NCBI GenBank assembly: GCA_030647325.1
Contig: JAUSJN010000054.1
Coordinates: 1-47,408 of the forward strand
Direction: 5' to 3'
Origin: Nanobdellota archaeon
GTDB lineage: Archaea > Nanobdellota > Nanobdellia > Woesearchaeales > GW2011-AR9
DNA: 47,408 bases
The position numbers and the translations under genes are program-made. The notes under the pieces were generated by a model that ran no database searches, was not told the DNA's origin, and saw nothing but the letters and a program-made list of their open reading frames with translations. This document shows, piece by piece, positions 15,895-25,292 of this stretch (its first letter is position 1; every line of letters starts with the position of its first letter).

Positions 15895-16890
15895 ATGATC
15901 TCAGATACACTAAAAACAGGAGAAGGACCTTTACATGATTTTGATGTAGCTGATGCTACGCCTTCTACAAGGAGATTTTTAGAAGAGGCTATCACCCAGG
16001 TTAATATCCATAGTCGGCCGACCATTGACATGCATCCTGCAAAATATAAAGAAAGAGTTGGCCTCGAATCTATGATCAGGGCTTTAGAAAAAAATAGTTA
16101 TGAGTTCATGAAGGTACTGCATAATTCTAAACGAAATAAAGTCTTCCTAGTCGAAGAATCAAAAAGTGGAGAGCGAAAAGCAGCAAAATGGTTCAACCAG
16201 GCAGAACATTACTTCAAAGAGAAAGAAGCTCAGGAAATTTTGCTCGGGTATGACAGGCATAATAATATTCTGCTTGCCGATAGATTTATCGATGAAGACC
16301 GGCTCATAATCTCACCCCATGCCGCGCGCGGAAATCTAGGCGAATTACAGAAAAAAGGCAGATTAACTTTGCCGCAAGTGGAAGTTGTTGCTGCTCATGT
16401 CTTAGATGCCCTGCAATATCTTCATGACCATAATCTTATTCATCGTGATGTTAAACTCTCGAATATAGTGTTGGACATCGGAGTTTTTGGTTTAGAGACT
16501 TTCCAGCTGATTGATTATGAATTCACCCAGTACGTAGAGTTTCCTATAAGCAAAAATGAAACAGAAGGCATGGTAATCGGCACTCCGCACTATATGGCAC
16601 CTGAAATATATAGGGGCAAGAATGCTGATTTGCGTAGTGATCTTTATGCAGCTGGTGTTACTTTCTATCACTGCTTAACCGGGCATTTTCCTTTTGACGG
16701 GGCTACGGATCTAGAACTATTTCGTAACCATATCAACAAGCCGGTTCCAGATATACGGCAGCACAACCCAGAAATGTCTCTAGCTTTTGAAGAAGTATTT
16801 TACAGAGCTCTCGCTAAAAATCCTGCTGACCGATATCAAAGCGCGGTGGAATTTAAGCGAACTCTTTTAGAAGCAGCGAGAAGAAAATGA
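15895..16890 (+). CDS. Hanks-type Ser/Thr protein kinase (atypical: no clear Gly-rich loop, DYE in place of DFG)
   Basis: Contains the catalytic loop IHRDVKLSNIVL, LIDYEF at the DFG position, GTPHYMAPE, and DLYAAGVTFYHCLTG..PF. Confidence 0.9.
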   Translation: MISDTLKTGEGPLHDFDVADATPSTRRFLEEAITQVNIHSRPTIDMHPAKYKERVGLESMIRALEKNSYEFMKVLHNSKRNKVFLVEESKSGERKAAKWFNQAEHYFKEKEAQEILLGYDRHNNILLADRFIDEDRLIISPHAARGNLGELQKKGRLTLPQVEVVAAHVLDALQYLHDHNLIHRDVKLSNIVLDIGVFGLETFQLIDYEFTQYVEFPISKNETEGMVIGTPHYMAPEIYRGKNADLRSDLYAAGVTFYHCLTGHFPFDGATDLELFRNHINKPVPDIRQHNPEMSLAFEEVFYRALAKNPADRYQSAVEFKRTLLEAARRK

Positions 16891-18029
16891 AAAAAGAAAT
16901 AATCATCCTGGGAGATATTGAGATGGGCGGCGGGACGCTCACTGACGACTTTATCAGTGATAAGGCTCTTTCCAAACTTATCTACTCGCTCTGCAACAAA
17001 AATATCCCTGTAGATCTAATCCTTAATGGCGATACTTTTGACTTCCTGAAATGCCCGTATATAGTGAACAATGCTGCATCCTATCCTCGGCACATCACCA
17101 GCGAAGTTTCTTTGGCTAAATTCAGATTGATCTACAATGCCCATACTTCCGTCTTTGAAGCATTGAAAAGATTCGCACAGGAAAAGAAAAACAGGATCTT
17201 CTTCATCGTAGGCAATCACGATGCTGATTTAGTTCATCCTGAAATCCAGGAAAACATTAAATTAGTTTTGAAAAGTTCAGGGAATATTATCTTTTCTTTC
17301 TACTACAATGAGCATAGTGTTCATACTGAACACGGCCATCAGTACGATTTCCTGAATAAAGTCAATGAAGAGCATCTCTTCCTCAATTACCAAGGACAGA
17401 AGATACTGAACATCCCTTGGGTCTCACTGGGCCTGATCAGCAAATTTATGTCCCTGAAAGAACAGTATCCCATGCTGGAACGCATCACTCCTCGTCCGGC
17501 GATGTTCTCGCATCATAAGTCGGTGGAGAAGGTAATAACCCGGCATAGCCTCATGTATCTGCTGAAGAGCCTTGCCTACTACCCGATACGATATTATTCC
17601 GATCCGACTTATACTTTTCCACGTGAACTGATCAGGGAATTTTACCGTCGCTTGAAAAATGTACACTGGGACATAGATGAGATCGTCACTGTTTTCAAGA
17701 AGAAAAGGAAAAGAAAACTTCACCGCAATAAGATCTACATCTTTGGACACGTGCACAAGCGCCATCTGGAGCAGCATGGCGCCATAACTATCATCCATCC
17801 TGATACCTGGCGGGATGAATATTTCCTGGACACTCAGACCAGGCAACTTACTTCCAAGTCAAAAAGATATGTGCGCATCATGGTAGAACGAGACCAGAGC
17901 CTGCGCTGGGAACTTATCGACATACGCCCTTCCCGCAGCATCCTGCACTTTGATGACGTCATCCGTGATGAGCAGAAGTATGTGCGCGTAGCTGCACAAG
18001 AAGAAGGTTATGAGGCGAAGGCATTATGA
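16887..18029 (+). CDS. Calcineurin-like metallophosphoesterase (LpxH-like layout)
   Basis: Contains ILGDIEMGGG, NGDTFDF, VGNHDADL, HGHQYD and FGHVHKRH. The start overlaps the kinase stop codon (ATGA). Confidence 0.85.
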   Translation: MKKEIIILGDIEMGGGTLTDDFISDKALSKLIYSLCNKNIPVDLILNGDTFDFLKCPYIVNNAASYPRHITSEVSLAKFRLIYNAHTSVFEALKRFAQEKKNRIFFIVGNHDADLVHPEIQENIKLVLKSSGNIIFSFYYNEHSVHTEHGHQYDFLNKVNEEHLFLNYQGQKILNIPWVSLGLISKFMSLKEQYPMLERITPRPAMFSHHKSVEKVITRHSLMYLLKSLAYYPIRYYSDPTYTFPRELIREFYRRLKNVHWDIDEIVTVFKKKRKRKLHRNKIYIFGHVHKRHLEQHGAITIIHPDTWRDEYFLDTQTRQLTSKSKRYVRIMVERDQSLRWELIDIRPSRSILHFDDVIRDEQKYVRVAAQEEGYEAKAL

Positions 18030-18937
18030 GCAATACAAAGTATGATCCAAAAATGGCACAGTATGCCTTTGAGGTAAATGCGCGTCTAGGCATTCCCGAA
18101 GAGCAGACCGCTTTAGCTATTGCTCAAGCTTGTGGCAAAGAACAAGAATTTCAAGAAGCTTTGAAGGACCGAAAGAAAGGTTGGATATTTCGCCGGCATG
18201 GTGAGGATATTACTACCACCTTAGCCATGGCTTGTCTTACACCGCCAGAAAATTCTTCAACATTTATCGAAGGGAAATATATTCTGATGCCCAAAACATC
18301 TAGGTACGCACAGGGCGTTCATGCTTTGCAAAATGCTTGTAGAGCAGAAGCTGTTTCAGCTCATCCGCCGTTTATTACGCCTTATGGGAGAACCTATCGT
18401 CCTTTGACCTTTAAAGAAAATATTGAAGCAAGGGTACATGATTATGAAAGCAATAAAGATAGCGAAGAGCGATTACGATTATTTCAGCGCTGGAACGATT
18501 CCTGCACTGCGATTGCTTATAAGAAAAGAACAACCAAGTTTAAAATAGTACTAAATTCTCAGGAACTTATTACTATTCCAGAAGATTTCAATAGGGATAT
18601 TATTACAGTTAATTATGATCACACCTGGGGAGTTGAATTAGATAGAAATGATGCAACGTATAATAATCTGCTCACTCCAGCGCAAGTAGAAAATCATCCT
18701 GCTTGGTTAGCTGCGCTGGAAGGCGATAGTCATTTATTAAAGACTTACCGGGACATTGTTTTTGCAAATCTAAGCCAAGATAAAGCGATGGGCTTCTGGT
18801 TGAGAACTGGAATTTCTGAAGATCAGCTTCGGGCTTTGTTTGTGAACAATCTAAACTATGATTCCGTTGCCAGCGGCAGCAATAATCTAGGCGGCAACGG
18901 CTCTTTTCTCCGCGTAGCCCCCGTCGTCGCGCGCTAA
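18026..18937 (+). CDS. Hypothetical protein (last gene of the kinase operon)
   Basis: The 303-aa ORF starts with an ATGA overlap onto the phosphoesterase stop codon. No recognised motif. Confidence 0.65.
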   Translation: MSNTKYDPKMAQYAFEVNARLGIPEEQTALAIAQACGKEQEFQEALKDRKKGWIFRRHGEDITTTLAMACLTPPENSSTFIEGKYILMPKTSRYAQGVHALQNACRAEAVSAHPPFITPYGRTYRPLTFKENIEARVHDYESNKDSEERLRLFQRWNDSCTAIAYKKRTTKFKIVLNSQELITIPEDFNRDIITVNYDHTWGVELDRNDATYNNLLTPAQVENHPAWLAALEGDSHLLKTYRDIVFANLSQDKAMGFWLRTGISEDQLRALFVNNLNYDSVASGSNNLGGNGSFLRVAPVVAR

Positions 18938-18973
18938 AAAATAATCTTTCACTACTTTTTCGCAATAAGAAAG

Positions 18974-18981
18974 TTTAAATA
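18974..18981 (+). promoter_or_regulatory. TATA box (leaderless) for the 19004 gene
   Basis: TTTAAATA is preceded by AGAAAG, with 22 nt to the ATG at 19004. Confidence 0.45.
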
Positions 18982-19003
18982 AATATAGCCCTATAAAAAA
19001 AAG

Positions 19004-19462
19004 ATGTTGCATATTGTAGCCGCAAAAAGAGAAGAACCGCTGGAAGATGAGAGATCTGTGCTGGAATTAAAAGTAGAAGAAGTCGGAATTCCAGAGACAG
19101 AAGATTTAGGATTTCCTCTCCTTAAGTACCTGCCTTTAGAAGACAGCGTACAGGAATTTATCTATAACGCTAATGCTGCCAATAGTAATCTTTACTCAAT
19201 CTTACCTTCTCTTAAAGAGGAAGAAGAAGTTTCCGCGCCCGCCCCGGTCAATGACGAATCTGATCCAGGTTCTGCGACAGGCGAAGAGGCCCGGGAACAA
19301 TTGCAGGAGTCAAAATATGATTCTGTAGTCCCATCTACAGAGATCAATTATGAAGAAAGGAAGAGACTGGCTTTATGGATCATGTTCCATACCGCTGAGT
19401 TCAACTTTTTAGAAAACTTTTATGGCCTAAGCCGGAATGTAAATTACCATCCCTTAGCATAA
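19004..19462 (+). CDS. Hypothetical acidic protein
   Basis: The 152-aa ORF is E/D-rich and has a TATA box at leaderless spacing. No family recognised. Confidence 0.5.
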   Translation: MLHIVAAKREEPLEDERSVLELKVEEVGIPETEDLGFPLLKYLPLEDSVQEFIYNANAANSNLYSILPSLKEEEEVSAPAPVNDESDPGSATGEEAREQLQESKYDSVVPSTEINYEERKRLALWIMFHTAEFNFLENFYGLSRNVNYHPLA

Positions 19463-20211
19463 AATTTCAGGAATTCTTCTTCGCTAAAATGCATCTTTCC
19501 CGGGATGATCAGGCAATGCGGCGCTTTGCCAAACTCCATCTTCCTTATTTTTTCTAAAGGCCCGGCTTTGATAACTGCATCATCGCTTCCCAATCTGGCG
19601 CAGCCGACCACCAAAGTATCTTTTTGAATAAGGTTTTCCTTCTTACGTGATTCGATCTTTTCCAAGATTTCCAAAGCCTGATTCACAGTCATAAATTTAT
19701 GCTGCTCTGGTTTTAGATCCAACAAGAATAAAGTATGTAATCCTTGCTGCTGATTCTCTTTGAATACATTGTAAGGAGTTTCTAACTGGGGATGATCTTC
19801 GATGAAAGGGATAGAGGTAGTCTTCCCGAATTTATACAACTGTAATCCGGTGATCCCTACCGCGGTGAGGATAGAAGCATTATGCACTACCTGCACCGGT
19901 ATATTTTTTTCCTTGGCTAATTTGAATAGTTCGATATGAGTGGTGGCGGAGAATGGATCTCCTACCACCAAGAAAGCGACATCTTTTGTTTTTGCTTCTG
20001 ACACGATCTCCTGATCTTTTTGTTCTGCAGTAAGACGGTCAGCGACAGTGATATTTTTCCCGTAGAATTTTTCCAGGTCTGCTAGAGAACATTGCAATAA
20101 TGAAGTGTAATTTTCCAAGTATATCTTATCGCACTTCTGGACTATCTCCAGTCCTTTGACGGTGATATCTTTCTCGGTGCTAAGTCCTATGCCGATGAGG
20201 TAGAGGGTCAT
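19444..20211 (-). CDS. dph5: Diphthine synthase (Dph5)
   Basis: MTLYLIGIGLS...DITVKGLE...VAFLVVGDPFSATTH...HNASI matches the tetrapyrrole-methylase-fold Dph5 signature. The start overlaps the Elp3 stop codon. Confidence 0.92.
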   Translation of the reverse strand: MTLYLIGIGLSTEKDITVKGLEIVQKCDKIYLENYTSLLQCSLADLEKFYGKNITVADRLTAEQKDQEIVSEAKTKDVAFLVVGDPFSATTHIELFKLAKEKNIPVQVVHNASILTAVGITGLQLYKFGKTTSIPFIEDHPQLETPYNVFKENQQQGLHTLFLLDLKPEQHKFMTVNQALEILEKIESRKKENLIQKDTLVVGCARLGSDDAVIKAGPLEKIRKMEFGKAPHCLIIPGKMHFSEEEFLKFYAKGW

Positions 20212-21893
20212 AAATTTTTCACCATGTACGGCCCTTCTTTCAGATACCCTAACTTCTCTTGGTAATACTTTCTCACTCCGACTCCGGAAATGACCACCAT
20301 TTTTTCTTTTCCATGCGCTTGAGCGATCTCTTCTGCTTTCTGCATCAGTTTCTTTCCCCAGCCTTTGTGCTGCACCATCCCTTCATCGCCGATAGCGGTA
20401 GCAGTACCATAGACATGCAGCTCCCGTAGTAATGCGCTTCCCGGGGTGATTTCCGGCCGCAGGAATTCAAACGGAAATCGCAACCTGCAAAAGCCGATCA
20501 GGATGTCGTTCTCAACATCCTCGGCAGAGATGAAAAATTCCTTTCCTTGTGAAGCTGGATATTCCATGACTTTGATTTCTACTTTATCCCAATTGATGGG
20601 TTTTCCTTTCGGTTCGCGGGCACGGATATCCCGTGATTTATTTTCATATTTTCCATCCGTAAATTGGCGTAGATTAGTCATCTCCACCCCTGCTTCCCAA
20701 TACTTAGTAGGAACATCTCGTTGCACTCGTTGGATGCGGCAATACTCAGGTACAAAAGTATAAAATTCAGCGATCCTTCTTGCAGCTTCGTCAGCATCTA
20801 TGGGAGTGAATTCTCCTTTCTTATATTGGTAATACAACGCCGTTCCCGGAGCGACCATGCAGGGGTACAATTTGATCATATCTGGTTTGTAGGCAGGATC
20901 TGTAAATAGCTGTCGCATCCCGGCCATGTCCCGTTCATAATCTGTCAAAGGAAGGCCGGGCATGTAATGGAAATTAATCTTAAATCCTAGATCGCGCAAT
21001 ACTTGGATTGATCTCTTGGAATCTTCTGCTGTATGTCCCCGGTGCACAAACTTTAGCACATCTTCATAGACCGATTGGATGCCTAATTCCACCCGGGTGC
21101 ATCCCTGTCTTAGCATCTCATTGCCGTGTTCTACAAATCCCCAATCCGGTTTGGTCTCGATGCATAAAGCGACACAACGGATATGGCTGGTCTCATTGCG
21201 CAGCTGCTCTTCTTCCAAGCTTGTTTTTGTCTTTTGTTTTAATTCCAGCAGCTTTCTCTGGATGTTCTGCTCTCGTTCCTTATCATACATATCGCCGGGA
21301 AGTTCAAAAAATTCCTTGAATTTCAGGAAATCAAATTCTCCTTGAGCATCAAAAAACAAGACGGAAAAATCATTCATGGCCTTGAACAAGCCGTAGACAA
21401 ATTCTTCCTGATATTCTGGTGATTCCGCCGGGAAGGTTCCGCCCATGATGATGATCTCGATCTTGTCAAAGCCGTGGCCCATCAAGACATACTGCTGCAG
21501 GCGGTTGAACACCTGCAGGTAAGAATCGTAATTGTTCCTGATGCCCCGCATGGTGGCTGGCTCGTGTCCGGTATATGATTGCGGGACATCTCCCCAGGGG
21601 GAATTCAATCCTCCCGGACAGAAGGTGCATTTTCCGTGCGGGCATTTACTAGGAGCGGTCATGATGGCGACGGGAGAGACTCCAGAGATAGTCCGCGTCG
21701 GTTTAGAGAGAAGAACTTTTTTGAATTCGGAGATCTCCTCATTTGGTAAAGAGATAAGGATCTCGATGTTGGTAGGCGTTTTAGAAAGTTTATGTTTTTT
21801 GGCGATATCCTGTTTGAGATTGTTTAGACTACCCTGATCTTCGATCTTTTGTGTTCTGATCTGTTCGGTTATTTCTTGTAATGCGGCTGACAT
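20208..21893 (-). CDS. elp3: Elp3-family radical SAM plus GNAT enzyme (tRNA uridine(34) carboxymethyl modification)
   Basis: Contains CPHGKCTFCPGG (radical SAM cluster), ELGIQS, and the C-terminal GNAT segment LRELHVYG...QHKGWGKKLMQKAEEIA. Confidence 0.95.
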   Translation of the reverse strand: MSAALQEITEQIRTQKIEDQGSLNNLKQDIAKKHKLSKTPTNIEILISLPNEEISEFKKVLLSKPTRTISGVSPVAIMTAPSKCPHGKCTFCPGGLNSPWGDVPQSYTGHEPATMRGIRNNYDSYLQVFNRLQQYVLMGHGFDKIEIIIMGGTFPAESPEYQEEFVYGLFKAMNDFSVLFFDAQGEFDFLKFKEFFELPGDMYDKEREQNIQRKLLELKQKTKTSLEEEQLRNETSHIRCVALCIETKPDWGFVEHGNEMLRQGCTRVELGIQSVYEDVLKFVHRGHTAEDSKRSIQVLRDLGFKINFHYMPGLPLTDYERDMAGMRQLFTDPAYKPDMIKLYPCMVAPGTALYYQYKKGEFTPIDADEAARRIAEFYTFVPEYCRIQRVQRDVPTKYWEAGVEMTNLRQFTDGKYENKSRDIRAREPKGKPINWDKVEIKVMEYPASQGKEFFISAEDVENDILIGFCRLRFPFEFLRPEITPGSALLRELHVYGTATAIGDEGMVQHKGWGKKLMQKAEEIAQAHGKEKMVVISGVGVRKYYQEKLGYLKEGPYMVKNL

Positions 21894-21896
21894 GTT

Positions 21897-22397
21897 TTAG
21901 TATAGTTGACAATTTTTATTTAATTTTCCTTCCGCTTCTCCGTCTAGAGCATTTCCTACTGTGAATCCGTCATGATCGGGATCAAATCCATAATATTTGT
22001 TCCAGAGTTCTGCGGTGGCGGCAATATTTTCTTTAGCGCTAATCGCTTCTGTTTTGGTAAAGCTGAAGATGGAACAGATGCGTTCGTTATGTAAATCTTC
22101 TTGGTGGTTTCTCCGGCGTGCTTCTATCACAAACTGTGCCGTGTCTACAGCGACTAAAAAAGATCCATAGTGGTGATGGGAGATTTCTTCTGGAGGTAAA
22201 TAACGAACCTTGCCGGCATGGGAAATTATCCCGTAATCATTGAAGAGAAAATCTAATCTATAACATGGAAATCCCTGCCATAAGCCTGCGCTTCCGTAGC
22301 TTGGTCCATCTTCTATCACGGAATGCAGGTCTCCTTTTGGAGCTATCTTTCTTACATTATGCCTTACTACCAGTGCGTTTATAATTTTGTTTAACAT
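21897..22397 (-). CDS. Hypothetical protein, paralog 2 of a tandem pair
   Basis: Shares GFPCYRLDFLFNDYG, HYGSFLVAVDTAQF and YGFDPDHDGFTVGNALDGE with the adjacent ORF 22432-22917. Its stop codon lies 3 nt from the Elp3 start. Confidence 0.6.
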   Translation of the reverse strand: MLNKIINALVVRHNVRKIAPKGDLHSVIEDGPSYGSAGLWQGFPCYRLDFLFNDYGIISHAGKVRYLPPEEISHHHYGSFLVAVDTAQFVIEARRRNHQEDLHNERICSIFSFTKTEAISAKENIAATAELWNKYYGFDPDHDGFTVGNALDGEAEGKLNKNCQLY

Positions 22398-22431
22398 GTT
22401 TTTTCAAATATTATCTTCTGTTTAGATAAAT

Positions 22432-22917
22432 TTAGAGTAAATCGCCTTCATCTAGAACATTCTCTGCCGTGAATCCATGGTAACCACTATTGTAACTAGG
22501 GTCAAAACCAAATTCTCCATTGTAGAGTGCTGCTGTCTCTTTAATTCTATGATAGGCCTTTGGAGGAATTCCCTTGTAAAATCCTACATTAATGATTCGT
22601 TCGTAGGGGAAATCAATACTGACAGAACCTGCTTTTCTTGCTGCATCAACCTGCGCCTGGTCTACTGCTATGTTAAATCTACCAAAATTATATCTCTCAA
22701 TTTCTGTTTCAGAGAAATCTTGCCGGGCTCCTAATTTGCAGAGAAATCCACTATCATTACAGGTAAAATAAAGTTTATGATAAGGATATCCATTCCAGAT
22801 ATACATTGGTTCACTTACCTTATCGCCGAGAGCAGACAGCAAGCGGCCTTGGTATCTAGCGAGATGTCTTTCAAAATTATATTGTCCAATCCAACTATTC
22901 ACTGTTTCGTCTAACAT
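22432..22917 (-). CDS. Hypothetical protein, paralog 1 of a tandem pair
   Basis: GYPYHKLYFTCNDSG, NFGRFNIAVDQAQV and FGFDPSYNSGYHGFTAENVLDEGD align with the neighbouring ORF. Confidence 0.6.
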   Translation of the reverse strand: MLDETVNSWIGQYNFERHLARYQGRLLSALGDKVSEPMYIWNGYPYHKLYFTCNDSGFLCKLGARQDFSETEIERYNFGRFNIAVDQAQVDAARKAGSVSIDFPYERIINVGFYKGIPPKAYHRIKETAALYNGEFGFDPSYNSGYHGFTAENVLDEGDLL

Positions 22918-23017
22918 TGTATCATCTTTTCTTCAGAGTCTCTTTATAAATATTTCTTGTATTTATTAAGCAGTGGTGAAAACATGGGCCATAACTTACT
23001 TATTCTTTTCCAAAACC

Positions 23018-23025
23018 TTTATAAA
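23018..23025 (+). promoter_or_regulatory. TATA box of rpl21e (leaderless)
   Basis: TTTATAAA is preceded by CCAAAACC, with 22 nt to the ATG at 23048. Confidence 0.5.
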
Positions 23026-23047
23026 TCAACCATTAATCTACAATTGC

Positions 23048-23341
23048 ATGGTAACCAGGATCGGGACAAAGCAGCGAAAAACAAGGCATAAATTCATGCT
23101 TCATTACCGCCAACGGGGAAAGACTCCTTTAAGCCAATACTTCCAGGAATTTAAGGAAGGAGACAAAGTCAATCTTAAGATCAATTCCAGCGTACAGACT
23201 GGTCAATTTTTCCCACGATTCCATGGCTTGACCGGAACCGTCACCGGAAAACGCGGCTTCTGTTACGAAGTCATGATCCATGACCAGAACAAGGAGAAAA
23301 AACTCTTTGTACATCCTATTCATCTTACAAAAACCGCATAA
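23048..23341 (+). CDS. rpl21e: 50S ribosomal protein L21e
   Basis: MVTRIGTKQRKTRHKF...FQEFKEGDKVNLKI...FHGLTGTV.GKRG..YEV is typical of L21e. The upstream 25 codons in the ORF track cover the promoter and are not conserved-looking. Confidence 0.9.
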   Translation: MVTRIGTKQRKTRHKFMLHYRQRGKTPLSQYFQEFKEGDKVNLKINSSVQTGQFFPRFHGLTGTVTGKRGFCYEVMIHDQNKEKKLFVHPIHLTKTA

Positions 23342-23376
23342 TCCGAGGATAACGAGGATAAGATACGAGACCTAAA

Positions 23377-23724
23377 ATGCCATCACCACAATACCTATCT
23401 GAGACGCCGCTTGCCCTTGCTGAAGTTAAAGCTATCTTGCAGACTGTGGAAAAGCGTGATGAAAACCTGAATTTCCTTTCTAATAAAGCAAAAGAACATC
23501 AAGTATTATTCGTGACCTTGTCTAAGGAAAAAAAGGACGAATTATACTCTAAATTGACCGCTCTTAACTTGACCCGGCTTAAGGAAGAGCATTATTGCAA
23601 GATCATAGATTTTCTCCCTCAAAATCTAGAGGAATTAAAGGTAATTCTGCAATCTTATCCTTTGAGCTTATCCAAAAAGGATCAAGAGAGCATTGTCGCT
23701 GTTACGGAAGTAGCTCTTAAATAA
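23377..23724 (+). CDS. rpoF: DNA-directed RNA polymerase subunit Rpo4 (RpoF)
   Basis: The 115-aa protein has the helical Rpb4/RpoF pattern (PLALAEVKAILQ...KAKEH...KIIDFLPQNLEELKVIL). It sits in the conserved archaeal order L21e-RpoF-DUF655. Confidence 0.8.
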   Translation: MPSPQYLSETPLALAEVKAILQTVEKRDENLNFLSNKAKEHQVLFVTLSKEKKDELYSKLTALNLTRLKEEHYCKIIDFLPQNLEELKVILQSYPLSLSKKDQESIVAVTEVALK

Positions 23725-23783
23725 ACGCAATTCTTATTAAAGCGAAGATATTCCTAACTATACATTGAATTCCAAGATAAAAA

Positions 23784-24350
23784 ATGACATCGATACCGGA
23801 ACCGAAAACTGTACGAGAGGAAAATGCAATAGTCTTGGATCACCTGGAACACGGGTATCCATTTGAGCAGGTTAGTGTCAAGACTCCTATCGTCCAGGCT
23901 CTCGGTGTAGGCCATCTCACCCTTCTTGAACTGATCCCTAAAAAAGGGATCATGTTACAGCCTATGCAGAAAGTATACATCGGTGAAGGAAAGCGCGAAG
24001 AGATCCATCACATCAAAGGCAAGATCCCTGCGGAAAAGCTTACTGCGACTGCCGCTAATACTTTACATGAAGCGGTGGAAGATGTAGTGACCGCACAAGA
24101 AGCCAGATTTGTCGAATTCTTCAACAAAGCCCAGCCTCTCAGTATGAGGATGCACCAGTTGGAATTACTTCCAGGAGTAGGAAAGAAGCACATGTGGGAA
24201 GTATTGAATGCGCGCAAAGAGAAACCCTTTGCCGGCTTTGAAGACATCAAAGAAAGAGTCAAATTACTTCCTGATCCTAAGCAGTTAGTGATCAAAAGGA
24301 TTATCGCTGAGATCGAAGGTAAAGAGAAGTATAGGATATTTACAAGTTAG
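23784..24350 (+). CDS. DUF655 family protein (OB-like N-terminal domain plus helix-hairpin-helix)
   Basis: Contains AIVLDHLEHGYP, LLELIPKKG, RFVEFFNKAQPLSMRMHQLELLPGVGKKHMWEVL and FEDIKERV, in the conserved position after rpoF. Confidence 0.8.
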   Translation: MTSIPEPKTVREENAIVLDHLEHGYPFEQVSVKTPIVQALGVGHLTLLELIPKKGIMLQPMQKVYIGEGKREEIHHIKGKIPAEKLTATAANTLHEAVEDVVTAQEARFVEFFNKAQPLSMRMHQLELLPGVGKKHMWEVLNARKEKPFAGFEDIKERVKLLPDPKQLVIKRIIAEIEGKEKYRIFTS

Positions 24351-24411
24351 AGAATTTCTTTAGTATTTATCTACTCGAGACAATAATCTTCTTAAATTTT
24401 AAAAAATATTT

Positions 24412-24801
24412 TTACCACAGCATCTTCCATCTCATATCTTTTTCTTTCTGTCTCACTAAATCGGTCATGCCTGCTGCTTTTATCCGCTTCAGGAATTCGG
24501 CTGCAATCATCTTCACCCGCAAGCCGTTCACATCCACATCATCCTGAAAGAACCCATAGCGTTCCAGCAGCTTGTCCAATAATTTTGCCTGCGTCTCCAG
24601 ATTGACATGCAGTATGCCGGAAGAAGCGACTTCATATTCTTTCTCCAGCTCTTTCAGTTTCTTCAACTGGGAAAGCAATTCTTTGGTATCAGCCTGGATA
24701 TCATTCAGAAATTCAGTTATCGCTTCAATGTCCAAAAGAACATCTATTTTCTTTGAAGTATGTTTCTTTCTAAATAACCTATTCCAGCTCTTTTTTAACA
24801 T
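24412..24801 (-). CDS. Hypothetical coiled-coil protein
   Basis: The 129-aa ORF is K/E/L-rich and helical. No family recognised. Confidence 0.45.
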   Translation of the reverse strand: MLKKSWNRLFRKKHTSKKIDVLLDIEAITEFLNDIQADTKELLSQLKKLKELEKEYEVASSGILHVNLETQAKLLDKLLERYGFFQDDVDVNGLRVKMIAAEFLKRIKAAGMTDLVRQKEKDMRWKMLW

Positions 24802-24849
24802 AGTAAAACTAATATTCTGAGGAATATAAACCTTTCGAGGGATATTTTT

Positions 24850-25236
24850 CTAACTATCTTTCAATGTTACCTTCACTTTATCAGAGAATTCCAAGGGAAA
24901 TTCCTGCCGATATCTCTTGCCGTACTTCAAGGCCAGTTCCGCTTTATACAGTTCTTTTCCTAAATAGGCAGCATGCTCTAATCGAGAGATCATTTTCTTC
25001 TTGATGATAGTATTGTAGATCTCAATGGCATTACTTCCGTGGACCATTTTGGTGATGACATGCTTGTAGGTGCAGAAACCTGCTTCAATCATTTTTTTCT
25101 TCTCATCCACCCGAATCAAAAAATATCCTTTCGGATCAGCTCTCCATTCTTTGATAGGATCATGTTTAGCCTTGATGATCTCTTTGATTTTCTCTGTCTG
25201 CCGGTAAAACTTGTACTTTGGTTTAGCTTTAACCAT
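24850..25236 (-). CDS. Small conserved protein, DUF4346-like (tentative)
   Basis: The pattern WRADPKGYFLIRVDEKKKMIEAGFC...GSNAIEIYNTIIKKKMISRLEHAAYLGKELYKAELAL resembles the DUF4346 domain as I remember it. This assignment is unverified. Confidence 0.4.
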   Translation of the reverse strand: MVKAKPKYKFYRQTEKIKEIIKAKHDPIKEWRADPKGYFLIRVDEKKKMIEAGFCTYKHVITKMVHGSNAIEIYNTIIKKKMISRLEHAAYLGKELYKAELALKYGKRYRQEFPLEFSDKVKVTLKDS

Positions 25237-25292
25237 GAGCTGTATATTCTATTTATTGTTTATAATAGTTACGTTTTAGGATTCATTTAAAA

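Noticed and set aside
20446-21837. Several plus-strand ORFs of 62-105 aa antisense to Elp3.
   Set aside because: They lie inside a gene with clear radical-SAM and GNAT motifs, and their translations are compositionally odd. They are shadow ORFs.
22973-23047. An N-terminal 25-codon extension of L21e starting at a GTG.
   Set aside because: It covers the TTTATAAA promoter box, and L21e proteins begin with M-x-x-x-x-G-x-R at the ATG at 23048.
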